From the NCBI GenBank assembly GCA_963719495.1, contig CAVRCI010000010.1, forward strand, positions 51,592 to 115,591: a stretch of 64,000 nucleotides of DNA. The letters are read 5' to 3'. The notes under the pieces are model-generated. The model was not told the origin of the DNA and did not search any database. It worked only from the letters and a program-made list of their open reading frames with translations. Of the stretch, positions 17,993-28,094 are shown piece by piece. The position numbers and the translations under genes were made by a program. Position 1 is the stretch's first letter. Each line of letters opens with the position of its first letter. Source of the DNA: an uncultured Verrucomicrobiae bacterium. Its GTDB lineage: Bacteria; Verrucomicrobiota; Verrucomicrobiia; Chthoniobacterales; JAATET01.

Positions 17993-19020
17993 CGTCTTTT
18001 CCGGTTCGGCGGATCCAGCGCGGAGGCCGGTTTGGCGGGCCGCTGCCAGATGATCTGCGAAGGATCCCGCACGACTTCAGCGGAGGCGGCGCGAAGATTT
18101 TCCGAAATGATCCGGAGGTTCGACAGGGTCGCCGAAAGCTCGTCGCCGTTGATCTGTGACGCGGGTTCGAGGTTCGCCAGGATGGACTTGAGCTGCGCGT
18201 TCGACTTCGCGACTTCCTCGAGGAGCGCCTGCGTGTCGCCACTGAGCGTGGGCACGTCGAGGTCGGCCACGGCCGTCGTGAGGTCGTTCACAAGAGCGTT
18301 CATTTTGGCGCTCAGATCCGGAATGTCCGCCTCGTCCACCGCGGTCTCGATCTGCGAGAACAGCGCCTGCGCGCCGTCGCTCAACTTTTTCAACTGCGCG
18401 CCCGTCACCGCCCGGTTCAGATTATCCAGCAGCGTCACGACACCGTCGCTCACGCCCTTGATGTTGAAGCCCTCCACCTCACGCATGATGTTGTTCACGC
18501 TGTCGAGCATGTTGGTCAGCTCGCCCGGGGCCGATGGCAGGTAGTAGTTGTCGGGCTTCCACGCGATCTTCAGCGGAACGAACCGCTGCGGCTCGAGGTA
18601 ATTGATTTCGAGGTAGTTCAACCCGGTGATGCCCGCCGGCTCGATCTGGACGCGCATTCCACGCTCGATGTTCGCCGTCAACATCGGCTGCAGGTTATCG
18701 ACCTCGAACATCTCGGGAAATATCTCCGTGTCGATCTGCATCACCAGCACGACGTAGTTCGTCATCTCGGACTTCTCGACCGACGGATACCGCTGAAAGA
18801 CGAAATTCACGTCCGCCACCTTGCCCACGGTCACCCCGCGGAATTTCACCGCCGACCCGACCTCGATGCCCTGCACGGTCGCGTCCACGTAGGTCTCGAT
18901 GTTCACCTTCGCCTTGAAAAACTGCCCCACGCCAAACGTCACCAACGCCCCGGCCAGCAACAGCAAACCGGCAATGATAAAAATTCCGATCCGGAAATAG
19001 TTCACTTCGCTCTTCTTCAT
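17989..19020 (-). CDS. MlaD/MCE family protein
   Basis: N-terminal TM, VQGIEVGSAVKFRGVTVGKV, GITGLNYLEI, helical C-terminus. Confidence 0.92.
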   Translation of the reverse strand: MKKSEVNYFRIGIFIIAGLLLLAGALVTFGVGQFFKAKVNIETYVDATVQGIEVGSAVKFRGVTVGKVADVNFVFQRYPSVEKSEMTNYVVLVMQIDTEIFPEMFEVDNLQPMLTANIERGMRVQIEPAGITGLNYLEINYLEPQRFVPLKIAWKPDNYYLPSAPGELTNMLDSVNNIMREVEGFNIKGVSDGVVTLLDNLNRAVTGAQLKKLSDGAQALFSQIETAVDEADIPDLSAKMNALVNDLTTAVADLDVPTLSGDTQALLEEVAKSNAQLKSILANLEPASQINGDELSATLSNLRIISENLRAASAEVVRDPSQIIWQRPAKPASALDPPNRKRR

Positions 19021-19775
19021 GAATTCTCGACCTCGGCCTCGCGGTGGAAAAATTTCCGCACGAACGGCACGTCGGAATGATCGCGCAGCTCCGCGGGCGG
19101 CCCCGTCGCGATGATTCCCTTGCTCTCCTTATCCAACATAATCACCCGGTCCGCCACCGCGTAAATGCTCGGCAGCTCGTGCGTCACCATCACGAACGTC
19201 ATCCCCATCGTCTCCTTCAGCCGCAGAATCAGCGCGTCCAACTCCGCCGAAGTGATCGGATCCAATCCCGCCGAGGGCTCGTCCAAAAAGACCACGATCG
19301 GGTCCAACGCCATCGCCCGCGCGATCGCCGCGCGCTTCTGCATGCCTCCGCTGATCGCGTTTGGCAGAAAATGCGTGAATTTTTCGAGCCCGACGAGCTT
19401 CAGCTTCATCCACGCAATGAGATCCATCGCCTCGTCCGACAGCGTCGTGTATTCCTCCAGCGGCAGCCGGACGTTCTGGCTCAGCGTCATCGATCCGAAG
19501 AGCGCCCCACTCTGATACGACACCCCGATTTTCCGCAGGATCGCGTTCCGCGCGTCGCCCTCCGCCGCCACGATGTCGTCGCCGTCGATGTGCACCGCGC
19601 CGCCGAGCGGCGGATTCAGCCCGATCATGTGCTTGAGCACCGTGCTCTTCCCGCAGCCCGAGCCGCCGAGAATCACGAACACCTCGCCGCGCTCGACGTC
19701 GAAATTCAAATCCTCCAGCACGACGTTGTCGTCGTAGCCGGCCTTCAGATTGCGCACTTCGATGATCGCTCCCAT
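19017..19775 (-). CDS. MlaF-type ABC transporter ATP-binding protein
   Basis: GGSGCGKS, ISGGMQKRAAIARA, FLDEPSAGLDP, VTHE; true start ATG 19775. Confidence 0.93.
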   Translation of the reverse strand: MGAIIEVRNLKAGYDDNVVLEDLNFDVERGEVFVILGGSGCGKSTVLKHMIGLNPPLGGAVHIDGDDIVAAEGDARNAILRKIGVSYQSGALFGSMTLSQNVRLPLEEYTTLSDEAMDLIAWMKLKLVGLEKFTHFLPNAISGGMQKRAAIARAMALDPIVVFLDEPSAGLDPITSAELDALILRLKETMGMTFVMVTHELPSIYAVADRVIMLDKESKGIIATGPPAELRDHSDVPFVRKFFHREAEVENS

Positions 19776-19780
19776 GACGC

Positions 19781-20881
19781 CTAGAATCCGATTGCGAAGA
19801 ACACGAACGCGAACACCGCGTCCACCACGATGATGAGAAAAATCCCGCTCACCACCGCCCGAGTCGTGCTGTCGCCCACGGCGCTCGCCCCCGATTTCGT
19901 CTGCAGACCCCGCAAACACCCGATCCCCGCCACCAGCACCCCGAAGAAAAATGCCTTGATGATACCCGCCAGCACGTCGTTCACCGACACCGCCGAAGTG
20001 AGCTGATTCCACACCGCCGCCCACGGATGTCCAAACATCATCACCACCAGCAGCCCGCCGCCGATCCCGAAGATGTTCGCGTAGATCGTCAGCAGCGGAG
20101 TCACGATCACGCTCGCGATCACCTTCGGCACCACCAGGAACCGCACCGGATCCATCCCCATCGTGTTCAGAGCGTCCAGCTCCTCGTTCACCTTCATCGT
20201 GCCAATCTCCGCCGCAAAAGCCGACCCCGACCGCCCCGCCATCACGATCGCCGTCATGATCCCGCCCAGCTCCCGCAGCATCGAAAGCGCCACCAGATTC
20301 ACGACGAAAATATCCACCCCAAACTGCCGCAACGGCGCCGTCGATTGGAACGCCATGATCATTCCGGTCAGGAATCCGATCATCCCAACGATCACCAGAG
20401 CGTTCACCCCGGCCTTCTCCACGGTGCGCCACATCTCGCCCCACCGCACCCGGCCCGGATTCCCCAGCGCCGCCGCGAGAGTCAGAAACAGCTGTCCCGT
20501 GAACCGCACCTGCTGCCGCAGATCCTTGAAAAACGCCGCGCCCACCCGCCCGGCCTGCACCACCACGGAATCCACCTTCGGAGCCCCCGCGTTCAAATCC
20601 GGGAACTCGTCCTTCTCGTAGGGTTCCAGCAATCGCGCCGACTCGTCCGGCAGACCCTCGATCCGCGCGCCGAACCGCTTCTTCAGCTCGAACAACAACG
20701 CGATCCCCGACGCGTCGATGTAATCCAGCCCCGACACGTCCACCGTCGCTCCATCCCGCTCCCGGCAAGCCCGCTCGGCCTTCGCCCACACGTCCGCCGC
20801 TCCCTGCGCGTTCAAACGCCCGGTCAGCCGGACCTGCCCGCCGTCCACTTTGATCCCCGACTGCGACTCCTGAACTGGCAC
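19781..20881 (-). CDS. MlaE family permease with N-terminal STAS domain
   Basis: [12 protein letters not shown] (STAS), LRELG...[24 protein letters not shown]. Confidence 0.93.
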   Translation of the reverse strand: MPVQESQSGIKVDGGQVRLTGRLNAQGAADVWAKAERACRERDGATVDVSGLDYIDASGIALLFELKKRFGARIEGLPDESARLLEPYEKDEFPDLNAGAPKVDSVVVQAGRVGAAFFKDLRQQVRFTGQLFLTLAAALGNPGRVRWGEMWRTVEKAGVNALVIVGMIGFLTGMIMAFQSTAPLRQFGVDIFVVNLVALSMLRELGGIMTAIVMAGRSGSAFAAEIGTMKVNEELDALNTMGMDPVRFLVVPKVIASVIVTPLLTIYANIFGIGGGLLVVMMFGHPWAAVWNQLTSAVSVNDVLAGIIKAFFFGVLVAGIGCLRGLQTKSGASAVGDSTTRAVVSGIFLIIVVDAVFAFVFFAIGF

Positions 20882-20986
20882 GCGCTGTCTTTACGCTATT
20901 TTCAGCCAAACCGCGAACGATTCCCCGCGATTCTCACGCTCACTGGACCTTCGACATTCGACCTTCCGACCGTCAGACTTCCGCCC

Positions 20987-21190
20987 ATGGACCACATCTA
21001 CAAAAAACTCGAACTCGTCGGCTCCTCCCCGGACAGCATCGAAAAAGCGGTGGAAAACGCCATCGCCAAAGCCTCGGAATCCATCCGCAACCTCCGTTGG
21101 TTCGAGGTCGTCGAGACCCGCGGCCACCTCGAAGACGGCAAAGTCTCCCACTACCAGGTCACCATCAAAGTCGGCTTCACGCTGGAGTAG
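20987..21190 (+). CDS. Dodecin (flavin-binding protein)
   Basis: [46 protein letters not shown]. Confidence 0.95.
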   Translation: MDHIYKKLELVGSSPDSIEKAVENAIAKASESIRNLRWFEVVETRGHLEDGKVSHYQVTIKVGFTLE

Positions 21191-21255
21191 CGGGTCGAAG
21201 GTCCAAAGTCGGAAGGTCAGTCCAGAATCGCTGGTGCGATCACAGAAAGGGAAAC

Positions 21256-21295
21256 CAGGCTTCCAGCCTGTTGTGCCGGGCTTCCAGCCCGGCAC
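21256..21295. repeat. GCTTCCAGC-core hairpin repeat family D, embedded in (GACCTTC)-type repeats
   Basis: caggcttccagcctg and gccgggcttccagcccggc; also at ~39247, 48114, 48151, 49281 and inside thrS (28931-28977). Confidence 0.8.
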
Positions 21296-21373
21296 CTCGT
21301 TGCCAAAGCCGAAGGCCAAATCCGACCTTCAGACTTTAGACCTTCTGACATTGGACCATCCGACCTTCCGACC

Positions 21374-21808
21374 CTAATACCCTTCCGGCCCGACCACGCT
21401 CCGACCCTCGTCGGCGTCGAGATAATCGAACATCGACCGGATATCCTCCCGGTCCTCCAGCCCGCTTTCGGCCTTCCGCTCCGCCAGCTTGATCGCGACC
21501 CGGTCGTTCCATCCGACCTTGCGCATGAAGCCGTTCCAAATCTCGACCTCCGCCTCGCTCGGTCGGTGCCCCTTCGAAAAACACCACCGCAGCGCGTCCA
21601 AATCCGACGTCCCGTTCAAGACCATCGGTCTCAAATCTTCGTAGGACACCCTCAGAAAGTCCGCACACCGGGCATCGAACGCCGCCCCGACGTTCGCCCG
21701 AAGATCCTCCCGCAATTCCCCCGCGTGCAGGAGCCGAATCTTATCCAGCATCCGCGCAAAGTAAAAAATCCCATCCGTCTTGGCGTAAGGAGAGCGCGGC
21801 ACTTTCAT
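21374..21808 (-). CDS. DUF5069 domain protein
   Basis: PRSPY...GIFYFARMLDKIRL, FDARCADFLRVSY, IWNGFMRKVGWND, FDYLDADEGR. Confidence 0.85.
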   Translation of the reverse strand: MKVPRSPYAKTDGIFYFARMLDKIRLLHAGELREDLRANVGAAFDARCADFLRVSYEDLRPMVLNGTSDLDALRWCFSKGHRPSEAEVEIWNGFMRKVGWNDRVAIKLAERKAESGLEDREDIRSMFDYLDADEGRSVVGPEGY

Positions 21809-21995
21809 CCGCGAGATCTAACTAAAGTCGGCGCATCGCGGCAATCAAGGAACGGCGATTTGCAATTGGCTTCGCCGGTCTCCGCTCCGTCTGCCGCACC
21901 AAACCATCCCCGCGAAGCGGGACAAATCAAGGACCGACGGCTTCCAGCCGTCCATCCACACCAATCCGGCCCAAGCCGGACACTTCCCCCCGCTA

Positions 21996-22262
21996 CTACG
22001 CCGAAGCCGTGGCCAGCAACTTCGCCGCCCGGCCCTTTCGCCGATCCGCCGAGTTCTGGTGGATCGCCCCACGCTTGGCGGCCTTGTCCAGCTCCGAGAC
22101 GTAGGCCGGATACTGCGCCTTCACCGCGTCGGCGTCCTTTTCGGCGACCGCTTTGGCGAAACGCTTATGCGCGGTCTTGATTTCGGCGAGGGTCGCCGTC
22201 TTGCGAGCGTTGCGGACAACGTCCTGACGGGCGCTCTTTTCGGAGGATGCGATGTTTGCCAT
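21996..22262 (-). CDS. rpsT: 30S ribosomal protein S20
   Basis: MANIASSEKSARQ...LDKAAKRGAIHQNSADRRK. Confidence 0.95.
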   Translation of the reverse strand: MANIASSEKSARQDVVRNARKTATLAEIKTAHKRFAKAVAEKDADAVKAQYPAYVSELDKAAKRGAIHQNSADRRKGRAAKLLATASA

Positions 22263-22272
22263 GATTGTTGAG

Positions 22273-22416
22273 TCGAAGGTCTGAAGGTCTGAAGGTCTGA
22301 AGGTCTGAAGGTCTGAAGGTCTGAAGGTCGAAGGTCGAAGGTCTGAAGGTCGAAGGTCTGAAAGTCGGAATGTCTGAAAGTCGGAATGTCTGAAGGTCGA
22401 GCGTCTGAAGTCTGAG
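22273..22416. repeat. Tandem 7/8-mer array (CTGAAGGT / CGAAGGT)n between tRNA and rpsT
   Basis: Perfect ctgaaggt units grading into cgaaggt and ctgaaagtcggaatgt variants; related patches at ~20946-20984 and 21193-21373. Confidence 0.9.
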
Positions 22417-22491
22417 TGGTAGCAGAGGAGGGATTTGAACCCCCGACCAAGGGCTTATGAGTCCCCTGCTCTACCACTGAGCTACTCTGCC
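22417..22491 (-). tRNA. tRNA-Met (CAT), probably elongator
   Basis: Reverse complement GGCAGAGTAGCTCAGTGGTAGAGCAGGGGACTCATAAGCCCTTGGTCGGGGGTTCAAATCCCTCCTCTGCTACCA: cloverleaf, CAT anticodon, encoded CCA, paired 1:72. Confidence 0.92.
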
Positions 22492-22560
22492 GCGGGCCAA
22501 GAAAAGTAGGGATTCCCTTCGTGGAATCAAGTAAAACCTTCGACTCCGCCAGCCGCAGCT

Positions 22561-23541
22561 TTGCCCCTCGTCGCCCCCTCCACCTACCGATCCCCCCACT
22601 GGCTCCCCGGCGGCCACCTCCAGACCATCGTCCCGGCCCTCTTCCGCCGCGTCCCGGTCGTCACCCGCGAACGCCAGCGCGTCACCACGCCCGACGGCGA
22701 CTTCCTCGACCTCGACTGGCTCCGCGACCCCGCGCACCGCCGCCTCGCCATCCTCTCCCACGGCCTCGAGGGCAATTCCCACGACTCCTACGTCCAGGGC
22801 ATGGCCCGCACGCTCCACGGCGACGGCTGGGACGTTCTTGCGTGGAATTTCCGCGGTTGCAGCGGCGAACCCAACCGCCTCCTCCGCTCCTACCACAGCG
22901 GATCCAGCGACGATCTCGCCATCGTCGTCGACCACGCCCTCGCCAGCGACCGCTACGATTCCATCGCGCTCGTCGGCTTCAGCCTCGGCGGCAACGTCAC
23001 CCTCAAATACCTCGGTGAGCTCGGCCCCGACGTCGACCCCCGCCTCGTCGCCGCCGTCGCGTTCTCCGTCCCCTGCGATCTCGCGTCCAGCTCCCTCGCC
23101 CTCGAAAGCTGCGCCAACCGCATCTACATGGACCGCTTCCTGGTCAATCTCCGGCGCAAGATCCGGGAAAAAATCGCCACCCACCCCGGCAAACTCACCG
23201 ACCGCGGCCTCGACACCATGCGCACCTTCCGCGAATTCGACGGAGCCTACACCGCCCCGCTCCACGGCTACCACGACGCCGAAGACTACTGGACCCGCGC
23301 CAGCAGCAAACCCGTCCTCCCCCGCATCACGATCCCCACCCTCCTCGTCAACGCCCGCAACGACCCGTTCCTCCCCACCGCCTGCTTCCCGGAAGAAGCC
23401 GCCCACGCCAACCCCCACTTTCAACTCGAAACCCCCGCCACCGGCGGCCACCTCGGATTCCCCACCTCCCGCCACGCCCCCGAATCATGGCCCGACCGGC
23501 GAGCCAGCCAATTCCTCCGCCAAGCCAACCCCATTTGTTAG
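22561..23541 (+). CDS. YheT family alpha/beta hydrolase
   Basis: GHLQTI, DGDFLDLDW, HGLEG, NFRGCSG, GFSLGGN, NARNDPF, GGHLGF. Confidence 0.9.
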   Translation: MPLVAPSTYRSPHWLPGGHLQTIVPALFRRVPVVTRERQRVTTPDGDFLDLDWLRDPAHRRLAILSHGLEGNSHDSYVQGMARTLHGDGWDVLAWNFRGCSGEPNRLLRSYHSGSSDDLAIVVDHALASDRYDSIALVGFSLGGNVTLKYLGELGPDVDPRLVAAVAFSVPCDLASSSLALESCANRIYMDRFLVNLRRKIREKIATHPGKLTDRGLDTMRTFREFDGAYTAPLHGYHDAEDYWTRASSKPVLPRITIPTLLVNARNDPFLPTACFPEEAAHANPHFQLETPATGGHLGFPTSRHAPESWPDRRASQFLRQANPIC

Positions 23542-23612
23542 CGTCACTCGTCAACGAACGCCGACCGGGCGTGATTGCCCAAGGGCGGACCCACTGATGA
23601 AAAGAAAAATGA

Positions 23613-23751
23613 GACAGGATTTACGGGATTTACGGGATGATCAGGAACAACTGATGAGGCAGGGATCGTTCTCCCCGTGAGTGAGCGGGGCCTTTGTTCG
23701 AAGTCACTGAAACTCAATCCTGTAAATCCTCTCAATCCTCTCAATCCTGTC
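23613..23751. repeat. Nonamer inverted-repeat element (GACAGGATTTACGGGAT...AATCCTGTC)
   Basis: Left arm (GATTTACGG)n, right arm (AATCCTSTM)n ending aatcctgtc. Confidence 0.8.
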
Positions 23752-23790
23752 CATTTCCGGATTAAGGCTGCTTCATCACGACGTCTGCTG

Positions 23791-26700
23791 TCAGACCGCC
23801 GCCGTCGTCCGGCCATACGCCGACTCGAGGGCTTTCGCGAGATCGCTGTTTCGCAGCGGCTTCGTCAGGAATTCCACCATCCCGACCTTCAGGCACCGCT
23901 CCCGCTCTTCGGACTGGGCGTTTGCCGTCAGCGCGATGATCTGCGGCCCGCCCGTGTCCGCGTCCGCCAGGATGGCCTCCGCCGCGTCGCGCCCACCCAT
24001 CACGGGCATCTGGAGATCCATTAAAATGACGTCGTAGCCGCGGCGGCGAGCCGATTCCAAAGCCTGGGCACCGTCCGCCACCACGTCCGCTCCGTAGCCC
24101 ATTTTCTTCAGTACGGCCAGGATGAGGCGCTGATTGATCGCGCTGTCCTCCGCCACCAGGATCGAGAGCGGCCGCTCGACGCCAGCGGCATGATCGAGCG
24201 CGAGATGCGTCGCCCCCGACGCATCCGCCCCTTCGCTCGCGGTGTGCATCGGGATCTCGAAGCGGAACTCCGACCCGACACCCACCGCCGACTCCACCCC
24301 GATCACGCCACCCATCAATTCCACGAGTCGCGCGCTGATGGCGAGTCCCAGCCCGGCCCCGCCGAATCGCCGCGAATCGCTGTCGTCAACTTGATCGAAC
24401 ATCTCGAAGATCCGCGAGCGATCCTGCTCGGCGATTCCAATGCCCGTATCCGACACGGAGAAACGAATCGCCGGACCGCCGATCAGCCCACGTCCGGGAC
24501 CCACGTTCAACCGGACGTGTCCGGACGCCGTGAATTTGATCGCGTTCGCCAGGAGGTTCACCACGACCTGGCGCAATCGCGCCCGGTCGGCGGAAATCAG
24601 CGTCGGCAGCCCCGCATCAACGTCCATCGACAGCGAGAGACCTCGTTTGTCCGCCGCCGGTCTCTCGAGTCCCAGGCACTCCTTGGCGAATTCACGCACG
24701 GTCACGTTCACTTCGCGCAATTCGAGCGTCCCAGATTCAATCTTCGAGAAGCTCAGAACGTCCGTAATCAAATCCAACAACGCGTCGCCGCTCGCCCGGA
24801 TCGTGTCGAGGTAGTCGAGGGATTCTTCCGCCGTCGGCGCTTCCCGCATGAGATCGCACATTCCGAGGATCGCGTTCAGCGGTGTCCGGATCTCGTGGCT
24901 CATGTTGGCGACGAATTGCGACTTCGCCACGCTCGCAGCCTCCGCCCGCTCCTTCGCCTGCACCAGTTCCCGCTCGATCTCCCGCCGCTCCGTCACGTCG
25001 CGGATCACCCCATAGACCCGTCTCGCTTTTCCATCCCGCATCTCGACCGTCCACTTCACACGCACCAGGATCCGCCGCCCCTTGGCCGTCACGAAAGGCA
25101 CTTCGCAATCGAACGCCTCACCGGTCTCGAGGCTCCGCGCCAAAGCGGGCCGGATCACCTCCCTCGCCTCTTCGGGATAGAAATCCAGCGCGTTCTCGAG
25201 CGTCGGCACGAAATCATCCTCCACTTCGTGCATCCGCCGCGTCTGTTCGGTCCAGACCGGGGTCATCGCGGCGACGTCGAATTCCCAACCGCCGACGTTG
25301 CCGATCTCGCCCGTTCGCTCGAGCAGCGCCGCGTAGCTCCGCAGCTCCTCCGTCCGCCGCTTGTCGAGCGTCACGTCCGATTGCACCGAGGTGAAATGAG
25401 TCAACTCCCCTTCGTCGTTCCGCAGCGGATCAACCCGGAACCGAACCCAAAACGGCGTCCCGTCCTTCCGATAATTCAGGACCTCCGTCTCGAACGATTC
25501 GCCGTGATCCAGCTTCCGCCTCATCTCCGCGACCGCTTCGGGATCGGTGCCTTCGCCCTGCAGGAACTCACCCGGAATCTTCCCGATCACCTCCGCCAGC
25601 GCGTAACCACTCACTTTCTCGAATGCCCGATTCACCCACTCGATCCGCCGCTCCGCGTCGCAAATGATAACCATGTTGTCCGTCTGGGCGGCCACCGCCG
25701 CCAGCACGCGCAGCTCGCGCTCGACCTCGCGCCGATCCGTCGTGTCCCGGACGAAACCATACAATTCCACGACCCGCCCCCTCGCGTCCCGCACGGGGAA
25801 TCCCCGCATTTCGATCCACCGGCTCTCCGCGTCGGGCACCCGGATCGCGAGCTCCAGCTGGTAATCCCGCCCGCGCTCCACCGCCCCGGCCACGAGCGCC
25901 CGCAACTGCTCCCGGTGAGCCGGATCGAAGAGTTCCTCCTGCTCGTCGAAGCGCGGCGCCCCCTCGCCCGGCGACCGGGCAAAGATCTCGAACATCCCCT
26001 CCGACCACACGAGCCGTTCGGCACCCACCTCCCACCGCCAACTCCCCGTCCCCGCCACCCGCTCGACCTTCTGCAAAAGAATCCTCTGTTCGGACAACTG
26101 GCGCTCGGCCTTGATCCGGTCCGTGATGTCGAGAATCCCCACCAGCACCCGCCCGTCCGCGTCGGCAGCTTCGGGAAACCTCAGTCGCATCAGCGTTTCA
26201 ACGGCGCCGCCGCTCAACGTTCTGACCGGCACCTGACCCGAAAACGACCCCCGCCCCGCCGCCCATTCGAGGATCTTCCGCCGGAACGCGGTCAATTCCT
26301 TGTCGCCGTATGCCTCCGATTTTGGCGCACCGAGCAATTCTCCGCGCTCCGAGGCATCGAACAAATCCGCCGCCTCGTCGTTCAAATCGGTCACCCGGAC
26401 CCGTTGCAAGAGGCCGACGAGCGCCTCGGGATGCTCGTCGAAGTGACGTCCGAGATCCCGCACTCCTTCCAAGCGCAGCCGCTCGAGCTCCCGCCCGACG
26501 TCCGTCCAGTCCTCTTCCAATAAAGCCACCGGTGCCGATGCGAAGATCGCCCGCAACCGCGCGGCCGCCATCCGGCGCTCGCGGACCCGCGTGTGAACAC
26601 CGACGGCTAACCCGCCGGCCATCAGTCCGATCACGAGGAACGCCCCCAGACCGACCAATTGGGCTTTCTGCAAGCTCTCCGCGATCAGCGATTTCGGGAT

Positions 26701-27594
26701 CTGGGACAGCACAATGTGACTGGAGCCGGATCCAAGGCCCGGGTCTCCAAGCTCGGGCGGGTCCAGCTCGCCGAAGGCAATCCACGACCAGACAAAAAGA
26801 TCACCGCCATCGAAGCGGCTTCCCGACGACTCCGCCGTGATGGCTTTCCACAGCTCCGGGCGTGCGTTTGCGAGCGTGGCGTCCTCGCGACCGCGGATCT
26901 GCCCTCCCCACTCCAGGTCCGGATCCACGGCCCGCTCCCAGAAGCCGTTCGAATCGAGCAATTCCGTTGTCGAATCCTCCTTGGGGTAAGCCCGGTCGAT
27001 GGTCTCGAAAAGTCGCCGAAGTTTGAGATTGATCACCGCCAGCCCCCCCGGGCTGCCATCCGCTGCCGACACCGGAGTCATCAAGCGAACGACGGGCTTG
27101 AACGGGAGTTCGACCTCTCCGTTTTCCACGTTCAGACCGAACTTCGAGACCGCGACTTCACCCACCGCGAGCTCAGTTCCTCGCTGGAAGTAAGCCGCTT
27201 CGCCCTTGTCCTGTAATTCACCCGCCGGCACGGAGACGCCATTCGACTGAACCCGGAAAATTTCCCGCCCCTCCTGCGACAGCAGACGCACCTGATCCAC
27301 GTCCCGATTCAACTCGGCTAGCGCCAGCGCCAACCGCCGAAACCGCTCCACGGCGATGTCCGGAGACGTCGTTTCCCCGCCCGTCATCGCCAGAAGCGTC
27401 GAAGCCGCCCACTGCAAGCGCGCATCCAGCAACATCGTCACCACCAGATTCCGCTCTCGGGCCTCCGCCACCTCGGCAGTCAGAATCCGCTCGGATTCGC
27501 GGTGATACAGCAACCCAATCGATAGCCCGGCAACCAACACCGCACCCGCCACAATCGAAACCAAAACACCTCCGCCACGATACATTTGTTTCAT
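23791..27594 (-). CDS. Hybrid sensor histidine kinase/response regulator (Cache-like periplasmic domain, several PAS/PAC, HisKA, HATPase, REC)
   Basis: 2 TM, PAS motifs (NYRKDGTPFW), FVANMSHEIRTPLN, NLLANAIKFT, DTGIG, GAGLGLAI, LVAED...MDLQMP. Confidence 0.95.
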   Translation of the reverse strand: MKQMYRGGGVLVSIVAGAVLVAGLSIGLLYHRESERILTAEVAEARERNLVVTMLLDARLQWAASTLLAMTGGETTSPDIAVERFRRLALALAELNRDVDQVRLLSQEGREIFRVQSNGVSVPAGELQDKGEAAYFQRGTELAVGEVAVSKFGLNVENGEVELPFKPVVRLMTPVSAADGSPGGLAVINLKLRRLFETIDRAYPKEDSTTELLDSNGFWERAVDPDLEWGGQIRGREDATLANARPELWKAITAESSGSRFDGGDLFVWSWIAFGELDPPELGDPGLGSGSSHIVLSQIPKSLIAESLQKAQLVGLGAFLVIGLMAGGLAVGVHTRVRERRMAAARLRAIFASAPVALLEEDWTDVGRELERLRLEGVRDLGRHFDEHPEALVGLLQRVRVTDLNDEAADLFDASERGELLGAPKSEAYGDKELTAFRRKILEWAAGRGSFSGQVPVRTLSGGAVETLMRLRFPEAADADGRVLVGILDITDRIKAERQLSEQRILLQKVERVAGTGSWRWEVGAERLVWSEGMFEIFARSPGEGAPRFDEQEELFDPAHREQLRALVAGAVERGRDYQLELAIRVPDAESRWIEMRGFPVRDARGRVVELYGFVRDTTDRREVERELRVLAAVAAQTDNMVIICDAERRIEWVNRAFEKVSGYALAEVIGKIPGEFLQGEGTDPEAVAEMRRKLDHGESFETEVLNYRKDGTPFWVRFRVDPLRNDEGELTHFTSVQSDVTLDKRRTEELRSYAALLERTGEIGNVGGWEFDVAAMTPVWTEQTRRMHEVEDDFVPTLENALDFYPEEAREVIRPALARSLETGEAFDCEVPFVTAKGRRILVRVKWTVEMRDGKARRVYGVIRDVTERREIERELVQAKERAEAASVAKSQFVANMSHEIRTPLNAILGMCDLMREAPTAEESLDYLDTIRASGDALLDLITDVLSFSKIESGTLELREVNVTVREFAKECLGLERPAADKRGLSLSMDVDAGLPTLISADRARLRQVVVNLLANAIKFTASGHVRLNVGPGRGLIGGPAIRFSVSDTGIGIAEQDRSRIFEMFDQVDDSDSRRFGGAGLGLAISARLVELMGGVIGVESAVGVGSEFRFEIPMHTASEGADASGATHLALDHAAGVERPLSILVAEDSAINQRLILAVLKKMGYGADVVADGAQALESARRRGYDVILMDLQMPVMGGRDAAEAILADADTGGPQIIALTANAQSEERERCLKVGMVEFLTKPLRNSDLAKALESAYGRTTAAV

Positions 27595-27738
27595 TTAAAA
27601 AATCTTCATGAATCTTTGCAACTTAATTTTTTGCCAGCATAGCCTGATCTCTGTTCAAACATTGGACCCGGGACCCACCAGCCAACGCACCTTGCAAAAT
27701 GATCGCCTTCGCCCCCCCGGCAACGACAGGATGTCCCG

Positions 27739-27963
27739 ATGTCGGCAGCCATTCCACCCGCCTTCGCCCCCCTGCCGCCCGACCTACTCGCGATCTGCCG
27801 CTGCCCGCTCACGCACCAGCCGCTGCGCAACGCCGAGCCGCGGGAACTCGCGACCCTCGAGCTCCCCGCGGCACTCGTCCGCGAAGACGGTCGGAGCGCA
27901 TTCCCGATCCGCGACGGCATCCCGATCCTGCTACCGGAAGCCGCCATCTCCCTGCACGGTTGA
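27739..27963 (+). CDS. Trm112 family protein
   Basis: LLAICRCPLTHQPL...FPIRDGIPILL. Confidence 0.85.
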   Translation: MSAAIPPAFAPLPPDLLAICRCPLTHQPLRNAEPRELATLELPAALVREDGRSAFPIRDGIPILLPEAAISLHG

Positions 27964-28094
27964 AAACCGCGCCCGCGCACTTCAATTCGTAAGGAGAATC
28001 GCCGCCGACTGGACCCTCGAAGGCGGCGATCATTTGAAATGCATTTGCCTTCTGTATCCTTCGCTCCCTTCGTTACCTTCTGTTCACGACCACC

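Noticed and set aside
19776..20909. 630-aa extended MlaF ORF
   Set aside because: The extension is a shadow frame over mlaE
22273..22416. Possible CRISPR array
   Set aside because: Units are 7-8 bp tandem repeats without unique spacers; no cas genes in the window
22417..22491. tRNA-Ile2 or initiator tRNA, and tRNA as an integration site
   Set aside because: Paired 1:72 argues against fMet; A4:U69 fits Met better than Ile2 (not certain); no duplicated 3' end or integrase nearby
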